Origin: Bugula neritina
Taxonomy: Eukaryota > Animalia > Bryozoa
DNA: 64,000 bases
Direction: 5' to 3'
Assembly: GCA_964035545.1 (NCBI GenBank)
Contig: OZ037769.1
Coordinates: forward strand, 10,942,633-11,006,632
Shown one piece after another: positions 30,169 through 42,787 of this stretch. Every line of letters begins with the position of its first letter. Within the stretch, counting starts at the first letter, position 1. The notes under the pieces are model-generated. The model saw only the letters and a list, made by a program, of their open reading frames with translations, did not search any database and was not told the DNA's origin. A program made the position numbers and the translations under genes.

Positions 30169-30535
30169 CTGGAAACTTGTATCATTTAAAAATTGAGCTT
30201 GAGCATAAATCTACCTGATACTTTATAACTAAGTCAGCACCCATCAAAACAGCTAAGATGCTGCTCAGGCAAATATATACCTTCTATTTCACAGCTACAT
30301 TGCAAATGGTAATGACTGATAGTCTACGTTTAATAAAAAAAACAGCAAAATAAATTTGTCTGTTCTTGTCTCTACTAAAATTGATACTAAAATTTTAGCA
30401 TAAGACACAATATTTGCACATATATGAGCAACTCCACATCATTTTACCGACTGCACTATCTCATAGGCGAGAGGCCCGAGGGAACTAGTATTATGCTAAT
30501 GTGAGTGTGATATTCGACAGGAAATGTGCTGGTAG

Positions 30536-33500
30536 CTACAAGTCTTCATCTCCGATACCTCCAAAAGATGAGTTGGAAGGGTTCGGCGCACTGTGACTAG
30601 AAGAACTGGAGGAGCGTTGGGATTTGGGTTTGCCCATAATATTCAGAGAAGTTATCTTATCCTGTAAAATACAGAACACAATGTCAATGGGGAACTAGTC
30701 TACAGGACAGTGAGGCACTGTTCAGCTCAATGACATGGTTAGGGAGAAATAGTATCACCTCCCAGCACAAAGTTATGTTAAGGTATTGCCTACAAGGTAT
30801 TTAATAAAAGTTTTGACTTGAGACAGTTGCAGAGTAACTTAACATTTATAAATTGGTGATTAGTTGAAGGAACATACTCAAGTAATCAAGTCATACTGTC
30901 TCAAGTCTATTTTAACTTGAGCTTGGAGTAAACATTTCAATTACATAGCAATAGGCCTCTGAAAATTATGTAAGAAATTAAACTTCCCGAAGAGTTTCTA
31001 GATCATAGATTCTGGTATACCAGCAATAAAAGTTAATAAATTAATAAACAAGAGTGTTAAACACTACCGGCCATTACTAGAAGTTAGAAACTAAACTTTT
31101 ACAGCTGCTTGTTTTAAACTTCTGAGTATTTATGTCCAGGAAATAATGTACACTACATTTAATCAAACATGGTGATCAGCAAGTCAGTTCATATTTCCCA
31201 ACTTATTACGTAAAATTGAAATTTAATCCCATGAGTCAATTCAGATAAAAAGCTGCCAACATTAAAAAACTGAATCGTAGACTGCATATTTACTTTATAT
31301 GGTTATAGAATCACAAAATGATGATATATAGGAATGAAGTGAGCTAATGTGTAGCTACACCCACCGACAGTCGCTTGACTGACTCCATAGCCTTATGTCC
31401 AACTGTCTCATCTTCCTCGATCTCTCCAGATATCGTCCCATCCCGCTTCATAAAGGAAACCGACTGATTTGACTTATCTCGATCCTGAGGTCGGCGAATT
31501 CTCCTGCCTGATTTCTTCATCATCAGCTCATCCACCATGCCCTTCGGAAAAGGTGAGATATACAGCACAGGTAAAGGTGTAATATACAGCACAGGTAAAG
31601 GTGTAATATACAGAATAGGAAAAGGTGTAATATACAGAATAGGAAAAGGTGTAATATACAGAATAGGAAAAGGTGTAATATACAGAATAGGAAAAGGTGT
31701 AATATACAGCACAGGTAAAGGTGTAATATACAGAATAGGAAAAGGTGTAATATACAGAATAGGAAAAGGTGTAATATACAGTACAGAAGAAAGCATTATA
31801 TACAGTACAAGAGCATATATTTTCTATAAACATATCATGCTACAATGTACCAGTAAGTACATGTTTACTGATACTACCAATACACACCTGTAAGTACATG
31901 CTTACTAATACTACCAATACATACCTGTAAGTACATGCTTACTAATACTACCAATACACACCTGTAAGCACATGCTTACTGGTATTCCCAATACATACCT
32001 GTAAGCACATGTTTACTGATACTACCAATACATACCTGTAAGCACATGTTTACTGATACTACCAATACATACCTGTAAGCACATGTTTACTGATACTACC
32101 AATACATACCTGTAAGTACATGTTTACTGATACTACCAATACATACCTGTAAGCACATGCTGATCAGAATTGCTTGCTCGGTTACTATGGTAACCCACTT
32201 GAGGGAGTCTTTAGCCATGAGATACTCAATGGCCAACTCCATGTGTTTACTGGTATCTGAGCTGCTGGAGGAAGATGAGGCACCATTGGCTGCCGCTACT
32301 TCGGCAGCAACATCCTCATTCAGCGAGGTGATTCTCCAACAACGCATTCGAGTTACTTGAAAGACACCCTCTTTTCCTTTATTCTATAAATTTAAAATAA
32401 AATAAATAATAGACTTCAGCCCTCCACCTTTATGCAGTAAAGTTGATGAATTTTATACATGAATAGCCATACAAGTAAAATTCACGCAATCTTATAAATT
32501 GTTTTCCCAAACATTTAAGAAATTAAAATTAATTACAACTCTCCACAACTTCACTTCAGACTACATAGACGACAGTGAGTAAATATGTTGTATTGATAAG
32601 ATACTTTGAGCAGGCCTATAAATGAGTACATCAGGTAGAGTAAAGAGACTGCATGAATAAATACGTTAGAAAATTGTGAATAGGAGGAATCGTCTACGAG
32701 CACACAATACTACTAACCCATCATGATTTATTCAAAGTCAGTTGAGTTTATATAGTAAATAAGTAGCACCATGCTGCTGATAAAGCTGCATGAGGCAGTT
32801 TGACCTGCCATGTGCTGCACATAGACCTGTTTCAGAAAAGGTCAAGGTTAGATAAATAGTCACCTCTCCGTTCATTATATGGAAAGTTATCTGTTTATTT
32901 CCTGCGTGTATGATGACGTCGGTGTTAGCGGCGGGATAATCCGTTGTGCAGGGTTTGAATTGCAAGTGGCCGTAGAACTTGAGTGTCCTGGCCAGTCGCA
33001 GAAACTGAAATGTTGCCAGCGTTATTACTTGAATTATTACTAAACTTGCCTTAGTGTAAACAATCTAACAACGCTAGTTATGAGTCAACCAAAATCAGGT
33101 AGACTATGCAAAACAAATGTAATCACAAATCAATAGTAGCCAGGCCTTTCCTGATAACACTATGCTGTACACAGAGGTGTTTGACCAATGTGCTGACTGC
33201 AACACCTTCAAATGTGTGAAAATCATCTATACACTAATTATGGAATTTACTGAATTAAAAATAGACTGACCTCTTTCTTTGAGTTCTTTTGTTGTAAAGC
33301 AGTGAGTCTGCGATGGTGCTCCTTGTCAACTACGACCCACCCTCTGTCTATGTCACTAGTGGCTTGTACATATAACAGATTCATAGCGACTCTATCCTCT
33401 ATCAGGTCGTCATCTAGGGAAGGATCCCAATACCTACAACAGCGGCAGCAAACATACTGGGTCAGCAGACATTCTGGTCAGCAAGTATACTGTGACAGCA

Positions 33501-36500
33501 AACATACTGGGTCAGCAAGTATACTGAGTCAGTAAATATACTGGGTCAGCAAGTATACTGTGACAGGAAGTATACTGTGACAGGAAGTATACTGGGACAG
33601 CAAATATACTGTCAGTAAAGATACTGGGTCAGCAGTTAGGGGTGAGCAGTGAGAGAACTCACTTTAAACAACTCTTACAAAACCCTCAGCCAAGTATACA
33701 AAACATCAAAAAGCTTGTTTCAAGTTAAGAAAGTAAGGAACTCACGACTTGCGTAGCACCAGTCGGTGAACGCCTTGAGCATTGGCAGCCTTGAGGGAGA
33801 GATAGGGAGACTCAAAATCCTGTAGCTTCCGTACAACTGTGAGCAAGTACAACACTGATTACAAGTAAACTCAAATAGATTAGACAGACTAGTTCAGTAT
33901 ATTAGAAGTTGTTGTGACAGAAACTGTTTCCTCAACTTCAGCTCTCTCTGTATACTTAGAAAAGGTGAGCAGAGTCTAGTTGGCCTAGTAATTATTTAGT
34001 GGGAGTATAAAAACACAAACCCAAGTAATTACCATTACTGTTTAACTAGTTTGCACAAATTTGATTAAATTATACATGGTAAGAGTACAGAGTAGTGAAG
34101 CTACGTATAAACTACAGCAACTGGTGCTCTCTTAGTTGTCGAGTCTTGAGTTTGCAGATGAAGAACAGATGACATTTTATTCTCTAATTTAAGAGGCTGA
34201 AAGCTCAATGAGAAAAAATATATATATATATCTTTTTCAAAAAAATAGGTATGGTTAAATAATACTTTGGTTTGCACGACGAAAAAGTTCAGAGAAAGAC
34301 TATTATAGCATTTAGGCTTATACTCGCTGTTTAAATGTTGGTCATACAAATACTTTGAACACTGTTTATAATATTCCAGAGCTGAACTCAAGTCATAGAC
34401 TGAGTTATTAGCAACTCCCTAACTCATCTATACTACAGCTTTCCTTTGCAGAGTAATATGGAAATATACTACTCACTGGAGTTGTCCCCTGTTGACTCTT
34501 TCCTCACTAGAAACAGCCCAAAGTAATACACATAGTCGTCATTTAGTGATATGGAACTGCAGACAGCTTCGTGTACAACATCTGTCTGATCTGTAAGGTA
34601 CAGTAATACTCTATTCTGATTGCAAGTATAGAGTGGAAAACCATTTAGCTAATGGGTTGAAGTATTTCGATTAGTACTTAACATAACTGAGTTTAAGAAC
34701 TGGTTTTTAAAGCTAGGAAAGTGTTTTGAGCAAGACACTAGTCACTAAACAGTAAAATCTTGAGTAATAATTCACTGCACGATTTTCAGTAACAAATGAT
34801 TCTACATTTACCTTATACTCAAGGTTCTAGTTATACGGTATGTTTAAACATTCTAGAGAATTCCATCTCTAGAATAGGAAGATGTGCAAACATATAACAC
34901 AGTAATTCCTATTCCCTTACCTGTAGATACAATGTTGACTGTAATCTTGTGCCCATTCATAAGGAAGACATCTAGGCTAACATTCTCTCCTGGTGCAGAC
35001 TGAGTCTCATGCTGAGCATTCAAGAAGAACCCAGTAAATATCTGACTGTTCTGTATCTTGTAGTCTTGGCTGACTGAAAATATATTGCTTGTATATATTA
35101 TATTATATATGTATTATATTGTATATATACTATACTGTGCATATATTATATTGAAAATATTGTTATGATATTCTCACCTATCTCCGCTTTGCCCTGTTAG
35201 CGGGAGCGGGATATATTGCTATGATATATTGTGTATATATTATATACGCAATACGTTATATTGCATATATTATTATATTGTATATATACTAAATAGATCA
35301 TATAGGGCATTGCATATTATACATTACATTATGTATATGGCGACGACAACAAAAGATTCTTAATAAAAGCATTTTAGAGAATTTAAGATACTTCAAAGTA
35401 CTATGATTAAAATGCCTACCGAGCGCTATCAGCAAATCTATCACTTCTGCATCATTAGACTTGCTGTATTATAGTTGAAGGTTTATTGACAATAACTAGA
35501 GCAGCTTAAATACATGATTCATCTATTGTAGCAAATAACTTATAGGAAGTAGTGTAAGTGTTAACTTACTAATTTGAATATACTTTTCCAAATGAATTCT
35601 TCTTTCTTCCAACTCCTGAGAACTCAAGGAAAAGAGTTTCTTAGGAGGGAAAGGGGGGAGCTTCTCTTGACCAAACTCTTTCGTCAACTGCATTATTAAT
35701 ACACCAGAATATCTTTAGTACTCACAGCAGTTGATATTTTAGGATGTATTATTTTTTTAAAGCTAGATTTTATAATCAACCTCATAGAATTAGAACATGT
35801 AGAATGAAGCTTTACAATATCAAGCTGAAAAATATTTTACAGACTATTACAGCTTACCTGTTCATGGAAATTATGCAACTGCTTGTAGCGAACGACACAG
35901 TGGAACACTCCATTCACATTAATGTTATATCCCTGTCAAAAGATATAAAATATCAGAGGGAGATAATTACACTTACTGACAATCTCAGTTCATCAAATTA
36001 TGTAGTTGAAACTAATCAACTGACACCCTATATAAACTAAGCTTAATTAGTTGAGTGATTACTTGTAAAATATATATAGATACGAGTAATAAATTTATAT
36101 AATATATAATACATGTAATATATAATTATATGTAATATACATATAACATAATCAATATATATAGCCCAAAATAAAAAAAGTACTAAATTAAAAATTATTT
36201 ACAAAAAAATGATGACCAACATTACAATATCAAATGCAATATTGAAGATGTTATTTTGGCTGGTACTGTATCAATAACATATATTCAATTGTTGCACACT
36301 TTTAATCTGATTTATTTCTATTAAACACAAGTAACTAACTAGGAGACTTTTAGGCATTACTTTTTTTAACAATTAATTACGGATGCTTTTTTGTTTTCAG
36401 GGACAAAGCCACATGGCTACAGAAAAATATAACTGAAAATATGGAGATTGACAAGTAGTTAATATCGTAGCAGTTATGTGGTTTATTGTTTAGCAATATT

Positions 36501-36975
36501 TCAAACAAATACAAATCTAACTAACTTGTTGAATATGAAAATTATTGCAAGTTGTTTATTACTAAACATGGTACTAAAACTATTGGTATTTAAATTAAAC
36601 CAAATAAGATACTACTGATCAAAATTTGCTGCATACAATCAAAATCATGCTTACATGTTATTAAGTAAGTTTAGTTCTTAGACATAATCATCAATGAAAG
36701 TTGCACAACACTAAAAATTGTAGTATGGATGCTTTTAAATATTTACAATAAATGTGATATGTTACTCATCACAATAAAATTATACTAATTAGACATAAAG
36801 GTTATTAAGTAAGTTTAACATTCAAGTTTAGTCTTAATCTCAATTTCTACTTTCGATATAAATAGTTTGATGAACCACTTATTATCATTAGCGACATTCA
36901 CAACTTCCATACCGTAAATTTTGATCCACTACCATCTTGTTGAAACTCTTGAGTGTCAGGAATTGAGAAATGCAT
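30536..36975 (-). CDS. SNX17: Sorting nexin-17 (PX and FERM-like domains)
   Basis: Eleven phase-consistent exons: 36913-36975, 35858-35932, 35570-35687, 34921-35073, 34477-34590, 33746-33836, 33271-33433, 32864-33004, 32147-32383, 31365-31541, 30536-30661. Diagnostic peptides: MHFSIPDT, GYNINVNGVFHCVVRY, FPPKKLFSL, VTRMRCWRITS, MVDELMMKKSG and C-terminal GIGDEDL*. Confidence 0.97.
31545..31805. repeat. 24-bp minisatellite abutting an SNX17 splice acceptor
   Basis: Unit AAAGGTGTAATATACAGAATAGGA, about 10 copies. Confidence 0.95.
31850..32160. repeat. 37-bp minisatellite that includes the SNX17 exon 9 donor
   Basis: Unit TGTAAGCACATGTTTACTGATACTACCAATACATACC, about 8 copies; on the minus strand most units read TTACAG|GTATGT. 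Confidence 0.95.
33440..33635. repeat. Degenerate 17-18-bp minisatellite at an SNX17 acceptor
   Basis: CAGCAAGTATACTGGGT-like units. Confidence 0.85.
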
Positions 36976-38307
36976 ATTTGATTTTGCAGTTCAACCTCTA
37001 TCTATCCTTAGACCTAAATGATAAATAAAATTTCTATAACATAAAAAATAAACATGAAAGTGGTATTAGAAATAGTTTCTTTCAAAATTAGATGTGTTTT
37101 TCAATTATCATCAATAGCATAAATGCTTTGGTTTCTACTATTTAGTGATAGTTTACTACTCACATAGTCTCCTATTTTAATCTAATAGTCTTTAATAACT
37201 CAGACTAATCTAATTATATTTGTAAATGTTACATTTATAATTTTATTAAAGTTTTCAACATGCCATTTAAATGATTAATGGCAAATAGTTGGTAATGAAA
37301 GGGGAATACTAATTTTACTATGGCTAATAACATTGCAAATTTAAGCACAAATGTTATTACCAAATTTTAAGTTCACTATTTGTGACTTGACTTTGGGACT
37401 TGTAATTCAAACAATAGCATTCGCAACTACCTCAATGACTGTATTTAGCTTATCATTAGTCTGTATTATTAAGTAAAAATCCGTAAGATATTGATTATCA
37501 CTCTTTACTGCATTATTACTGAGTGAGGGTATTTATTAATCAAACTGAAACTAACTCCACATGTAACTTATTTGTAGAATTATAAAGACTAGTTTAGAAA
37601 CTGTAACTGGTATGCACAGCAGATTTTGAAAAATGCTCGTCATGCTACTTAAGTTAATTTTAAAGCTCTGTCAAAGTCACGCTTACTGAAGCATTTCTCA
37701 CTTTTTGTTCTAGCTGACAAAGTAAAATAAATGACTTGACTTGCTTATGTAATTGACAGGAAATGACAGGAAAAAGTTGATAGACTTGATCACAGTCTTT
37801 ACAACTAAAGCAATCTAAAGTAACACAACATTGCTCAACTTATTTCTTAACTTTAAAAGCTAATATCCAATTAAAGTTGACAAGTTTCATTCATGTACGT
37901 ACTGTAAGTTTTTGTTTGTTCCTTGACAGCGTGTGCAAAAATTTCAATAATTAATTTGGTGCTAGAACTTCAAGCCTTTAATAACTAGCTGTTTTTTTAT
38001 TTATAGCAAGTGCTCAAAAAAAATTGTTACATCCTTATAAAAAACTCAAATAATATGATGCAACGTCATTTTAATATGCAATTACAATTTAAATGCTATT
38101 AGAAAAAATAATGGTTGTTACCACAGTTATAGAGTACAGATAGTTACTTTTAATTTTATTCTGTACTATTAGATATAGCTACAACCTTACTACTGACAGA
38201 GGTCCATTAGTTTGATGGAATATATATTTCAAATAAAAACTATAACTATAATTATTGGCAAGACTGCAAATAAAATGCTTTACTTTAATTATTATTTTTA
38301 GGTTCTG

Positions 38308-38516
38308 TAGTAGCCGTGATCTATGGGTTAGAACGTTTGCCTAGTAAGCAGGAAGTCATGGGTTCGAACCCGTCAAAGGCCATTGGTGATGTTAGAAAGA
38401 GCATCCAGTCATAATTACTCCTGTGCCTCATCTGAATAAGTCCTTAGCCTGATTTATCAAAAACCCCATCCATCAGGGGTTTTCACAGAGATAGTAACTA
38501 TAAACTTTCGTGAGTG
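38308..38516 (+). mobile_element. tRNA-derived SINE, third copy
   Basis: B-box GGGTTCGAACCC; collinear with 7179-7392 through to the ACTATAAACTT...TGAGT tail. Confidence 0.85.
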
Positions 38517-39699
38517 TTTTTTTAGCAGGTTAAGACAAATTTGTTAAAATTGTAATGATTCACTTTTAGAAGTCTTTTAATAATATTAGTCTAATTATTT
38601 TAGCAACTAACTATAGGTTTAGGGGTGATCTAGACATTTAATGGCTATAGCAATTACATACATTATAATTATTATACAATTACATGCTGATGGCTTTGAA
38701 AAGTTAAAGTAGTGTAACCCCTCCTCCTTTAGGTTAGTTTTATTCTTATCAGAATAGTTACAATAATAAATTGAAATTGACTATATAATTAGATAAATAA
38801 AAGTAATAGTTATAGTCAATAGAAAATTCAATTGAAAGTTACAAAACTAAACCAATGTCATTGGTCGGAATTTATTCTTTTACTTTTAGTTTTTGGTTTA
38901 TGTGTTCACATTGAACTTAAATTGCTAAAATTAAATGCAAATCATGACTTAGTATTACTATTAATACCAGTATTACTAGTGTCTACTAGTAGTATTAGTA
39001 AAAGTATTAGTCCTTGCTTGTTAGTTAATTATAAATATAATATATTATTATCATTAATATAAAATTAAATTATATCAACATGTGATGTTTAACATGATGT
39101 AAAAGTAAAACTAAAAGTAAATACATAGTCATACGAAAATTTGCTACAATAAGTTAATAAATGTAGTCAATAAATAAATATAATTTAGATCTATATATTT
39201 ATAATTAATAATAAAAATATCAATAACTGAACAACTATATGAATATGTATAAGAATAATTTAAACTTAATGTGAATATCAAATTCACTTTGACTTTCAGT
39301 TTATCACTACATAATTCTATTTTAAATTATTATAAATTTATTATTACATAAATATAATTCATTAAATTTAATTGTTATTGTAAATCATTAAATCATAAAT
39401 GCTTATAGCCTTATTGAATTCGATAGTCAAATTGAAAATTAACATCAATATCAATTTGAATATGACTCAAACTTGAAACTCAAACTAATCAAATTTAAAT
39501 TTAAATTCATCGTATAATTACAAATTCAAATTGAACTTGAAGTTCAGTTGACATGCATTTCATTTGAAACTTCAACTTGCAAGTGTATTCAAATTGACTC
39601 GAGTAAACCCGGGGATTGAACTATTTTTTTAATTAAACGGTAAATTGTTTTAGTTAACTATAGACTAGCCTTTTAATAACTTCAATCGACCTTTGAAAT

Positions 39700-39870
39700 T
39701 AAATATGAAAAGCAGTCATAGTCACTGTCAGTGTCAGTCACACCCCCAGCTGAAGAAGGCGATATAGGTTCAATTTTAAGAAAAACTGACGTCGGTGCGC
39801 TTCCGTTATTGTTTAGTAACCAATCCATGTAATTTATTCAGACTTGACGGGTGAAAGCGAAAATTCAATG
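39700..39870. promoter_or_regulatory. Probable SNX17 promoter, possibly bidirectional
   Basis: Local CpG-containing patch with TGACGTC (CRE-like), CTTCCG (ETS-like) and CCAAT. The SNX17 ATG exon has an upstream acceptor (about 37013), so a non-coding first exon is needed. Inference only. Confidence 0.4.
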
Positions 39871-39912
39871 TTTAACACAATAGTAATCTTAGCCATCAAA
39901 ATTTTTTAGTGA

Positions 39913-40075
39913 TTATTTATAAGCAGCTCCAAGTTGGGAGTGACTGAGTGCAGTAGTTCAAAATCTCGAGTTTAGCGTTGGAGAGTTGAAGTTCCAACCT
40001 AAACCCTCAACTTTAAACTTGAGAACTTTAAATTGCTGCACTCAGTCACCCCCCACTTGAAGCTACTCATAATAA
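39913..40075. mobile_element. Palindromic MITE-like element
   Basis: AGCTCCAAGTTGGGAGTGACTGAGTGCAG...TCTCGAGTTTA is mirrored by TAAACTTGAGAA...CTGCACTCAGTCACCCCCCACTTGAAGCT. Confidence 0.7.
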
Positions 40076-40816
40076 AGAAACTCAAATTTTGGTCTATCAT
40101 AAAAGTCCTACTTGGATGCGCTGTATTAATTTACAATAATATGAATGTTATCATCGCCAAATGCGATACTCCATCAGTCTACCGCCAAGTAATAAAACAT
40201 CAGCCTGCACGTTGTACAGATAAAGTATCGCTTTGATACGAACTTCAAACCAGACCCCCGAACCAATGCATTCGGTGCTGCCTCAAGCAGTTTTCTTGCA
40301 TCTGATGAAAATAACAGTTTACTTATATAGTTACATTTATCAATCTCCTGTGGTCTATAAGGTAGTTTACAGTGTTTTTACCAAGTTAATATTAGTTCAC
40401 TCACAGATTGATATTCATATATTTTAAGACGAAGAGTAAGTCTAATGCTATTTTAAATTGAAATAATCATATTGATATATGAAATAATTAATGTTGAAAC
40501 AGGAAGAATAAAATCAAAGTAGAGATATTCATGTTGAAACTTTCAGTGAAACTGAAAGTGAAATTCAAATAGCTATAGCCATACTCATAGTCATGGTAAT
40601 ACTCATACTCATAGTCATACTGATAGTGATAGTTATAGCCCTACTCTAGACATAGCAGTTAGGTGCAGAAATGGAGATTTTGACTAAAAATTCCTCACTG
40701 AATAGCATTTTTGTTGAAAGCTTTTGACTTGTGTTAGATGAGTCCTACCAACATATTTGGAATTGTAGAGAGCTATGGATACAACTGTTAGACAAGGGCT
40801 GACTAGTGTATCATAT

Positions 40817-42598
40817 TTGTTAGATTGTTGGAGATTTGTTGAAAGTGATAGACAGAGCCCTATCTGATTATTTTGTTAGATTGTTAGATTGTTGAAAATT
40901 CAATGCTTTTATATATAAAAAAGTGTTGGAGATTTGTTGAAAGTGTTAGACAGAGCCCTATCTGATTATTTTGTTAGATTGTTAGATTGTTGAAAATCCA
41001 ATGCTTTTATATATAAAAAAGTGTTGGAGATTTGTTGAAAGTGTTAGACAGAGCCCTATTTGATTATTTTGTTAGATTGTTAGATTGTTGAAAATTCAAT
41101 GCTTTTATATATCTACACTTTTGGAGATTTGTTGAAAGTGTTAGACAGAGCCCTATCTGATTATTTTGTTAGATTGTTAGATTGTTGAATATTCAATGCT
41201 TTTATATATAAAAAAGTGTTGGAGATTTGTTGAAAGTGTTAGACAGAGCCCTATCTGATTATTTTGTTAGATTGTTAGATTGTTGAAAATTCAATGCTTT
41301 TATATATAAAAAAGTGTTGGAGATTTGTTGAAAGTGTTAGACAGAGCCCTATCTGATTATTTTGTTAGATTGTTAGATTGTTGAAAATCCAATGCTTTTA
41401 TATATAAAAAAGTGTTGAAGATTTGTTGAAAGTGTTAGACAGAGCCCTATCTGATTATTTTGTTAGATTGTTAGATTGTTGAAAATCCAATGCTTTATAT
41501 ATAAAAAAAGTGTTGGAGATTTGTTGAAAGTGTTAGACAGAGCCCTATCTGATTATTTTGTTAGATTGTTAGATTGTTGAAAATCCAATGCTTTATATAT
41601 AAAAAAAGTGTTGGAGATTTGTTGAAAGTGTTAGACAGAGCCCTATCTGATTATTTTGTTAGATTGTTAGATTGTTGAAAATTCAATGCTTTTATATATA
41701 AAAAAGTGTTGAAGATTTGTTGAAAGTGTTAGACAGAGCCCTATCTGATTATTTTGTTAGATTGTTGAAAATTCAATGCTTTTATATATCTACACTTTTG
41801 GAGATTTGTTGAAAGTGTTAGACAGAGCCCTATCTGATTATTTTGTTAGATTGTTAGATTGTTGAAAATCCAATGCTTTTATATATAAAAAAGTGTTGGA
41901 GATTTGTTGAAAGTGTTAGACAGAGCCCTATCTGATTATTTTGTTAGATTGTTAGATTGTTGAAAATCCAATGCTTTTATATATAAAAAAGTGTTGGAGA
42001 TTTGTTGAAAGTGTTAGACAGAGCCCTATTTGATTATTTTGTTAGATTGTTGAAAATCCAATGCTTTTATATATAAAAAAGTGTTGAAGATTTGTTGAAA
42101 GTGTTAGACAGAGCCCTATCTGATTATTTTGTTAGATTGTTAGATTGTTGGAAATTCAATGCTTTTATATATCTACACTTTTGGAGATTTGTTGAAAGTG
42201 TTAGACAGAGCCCTATCTGATTATTTTGTTAGATTGTTAGATTGTTGAAAATCCAATGCTTTATATATAAAAAAAGTGTTGGAGATTTGTTGAAAGTGTT
42301 AGACAGAGCCCTATCTGATTATTTTGTTAGATTGTTAGATTGTTGAAAATTCAATGCTTTTATATATAAAAAAGTGTTGGAGATTTGTTGAAAGTGTTAG
42401 ACAGAACCCTATCTGATTATTCTGTTAGATTGTTAGATTGTTGAAAATTCAATGCTTTTATATATAAAAAAGTGTTGGAGATTTGTTGAAAGTGTTAGAC
42501 AGAGCCCTATCTGATTATTTTGTTAGATTGTTAGATTGTTGGAAATTCAATGCTTTTATATATCAACACTTTCAGATATTTGTTGAAAGTGTTAGACA
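40817..42598 (+). repeat. Left subterminal array, ~18 x 98 bp
   Basis: Unit GTGTTGGAGATTTGTTGAAAGTGTTAGACAGAGCCCTATCTGATTATTTTGTTAGATTGTTAGATTGTTGAAAATCCAATGCTTTTATATATAAAAAA; successive units start at 40923 and 41021. Confidence 0.97.
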
Positions 42599-42787
42599 AA
42601 GCTATTTTCAATTATGTTGACTTGCTTGTTGGAAATGTTAAGACAATGTTTTAAATATATTTTACATGTTGAGCTGTCAGAATTGTTAACATTTATGTTT
42701 TTTTCACAAGGAATTCAGATAATAATAAGTAAAATTATGGTAAAGTAAAAAAATTTAAACTATATAGAAATAAAAATAAGTGTTATT

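Noticed and set aside
31344-31893. Repeat-rich ORFs, including an apparent N-terminal extension of SNX17 exon 10
   Set aside because: A 24-bp intronic minisatellite happens to stay in frame; SNX17 homology begins at the acceptor at 31541.
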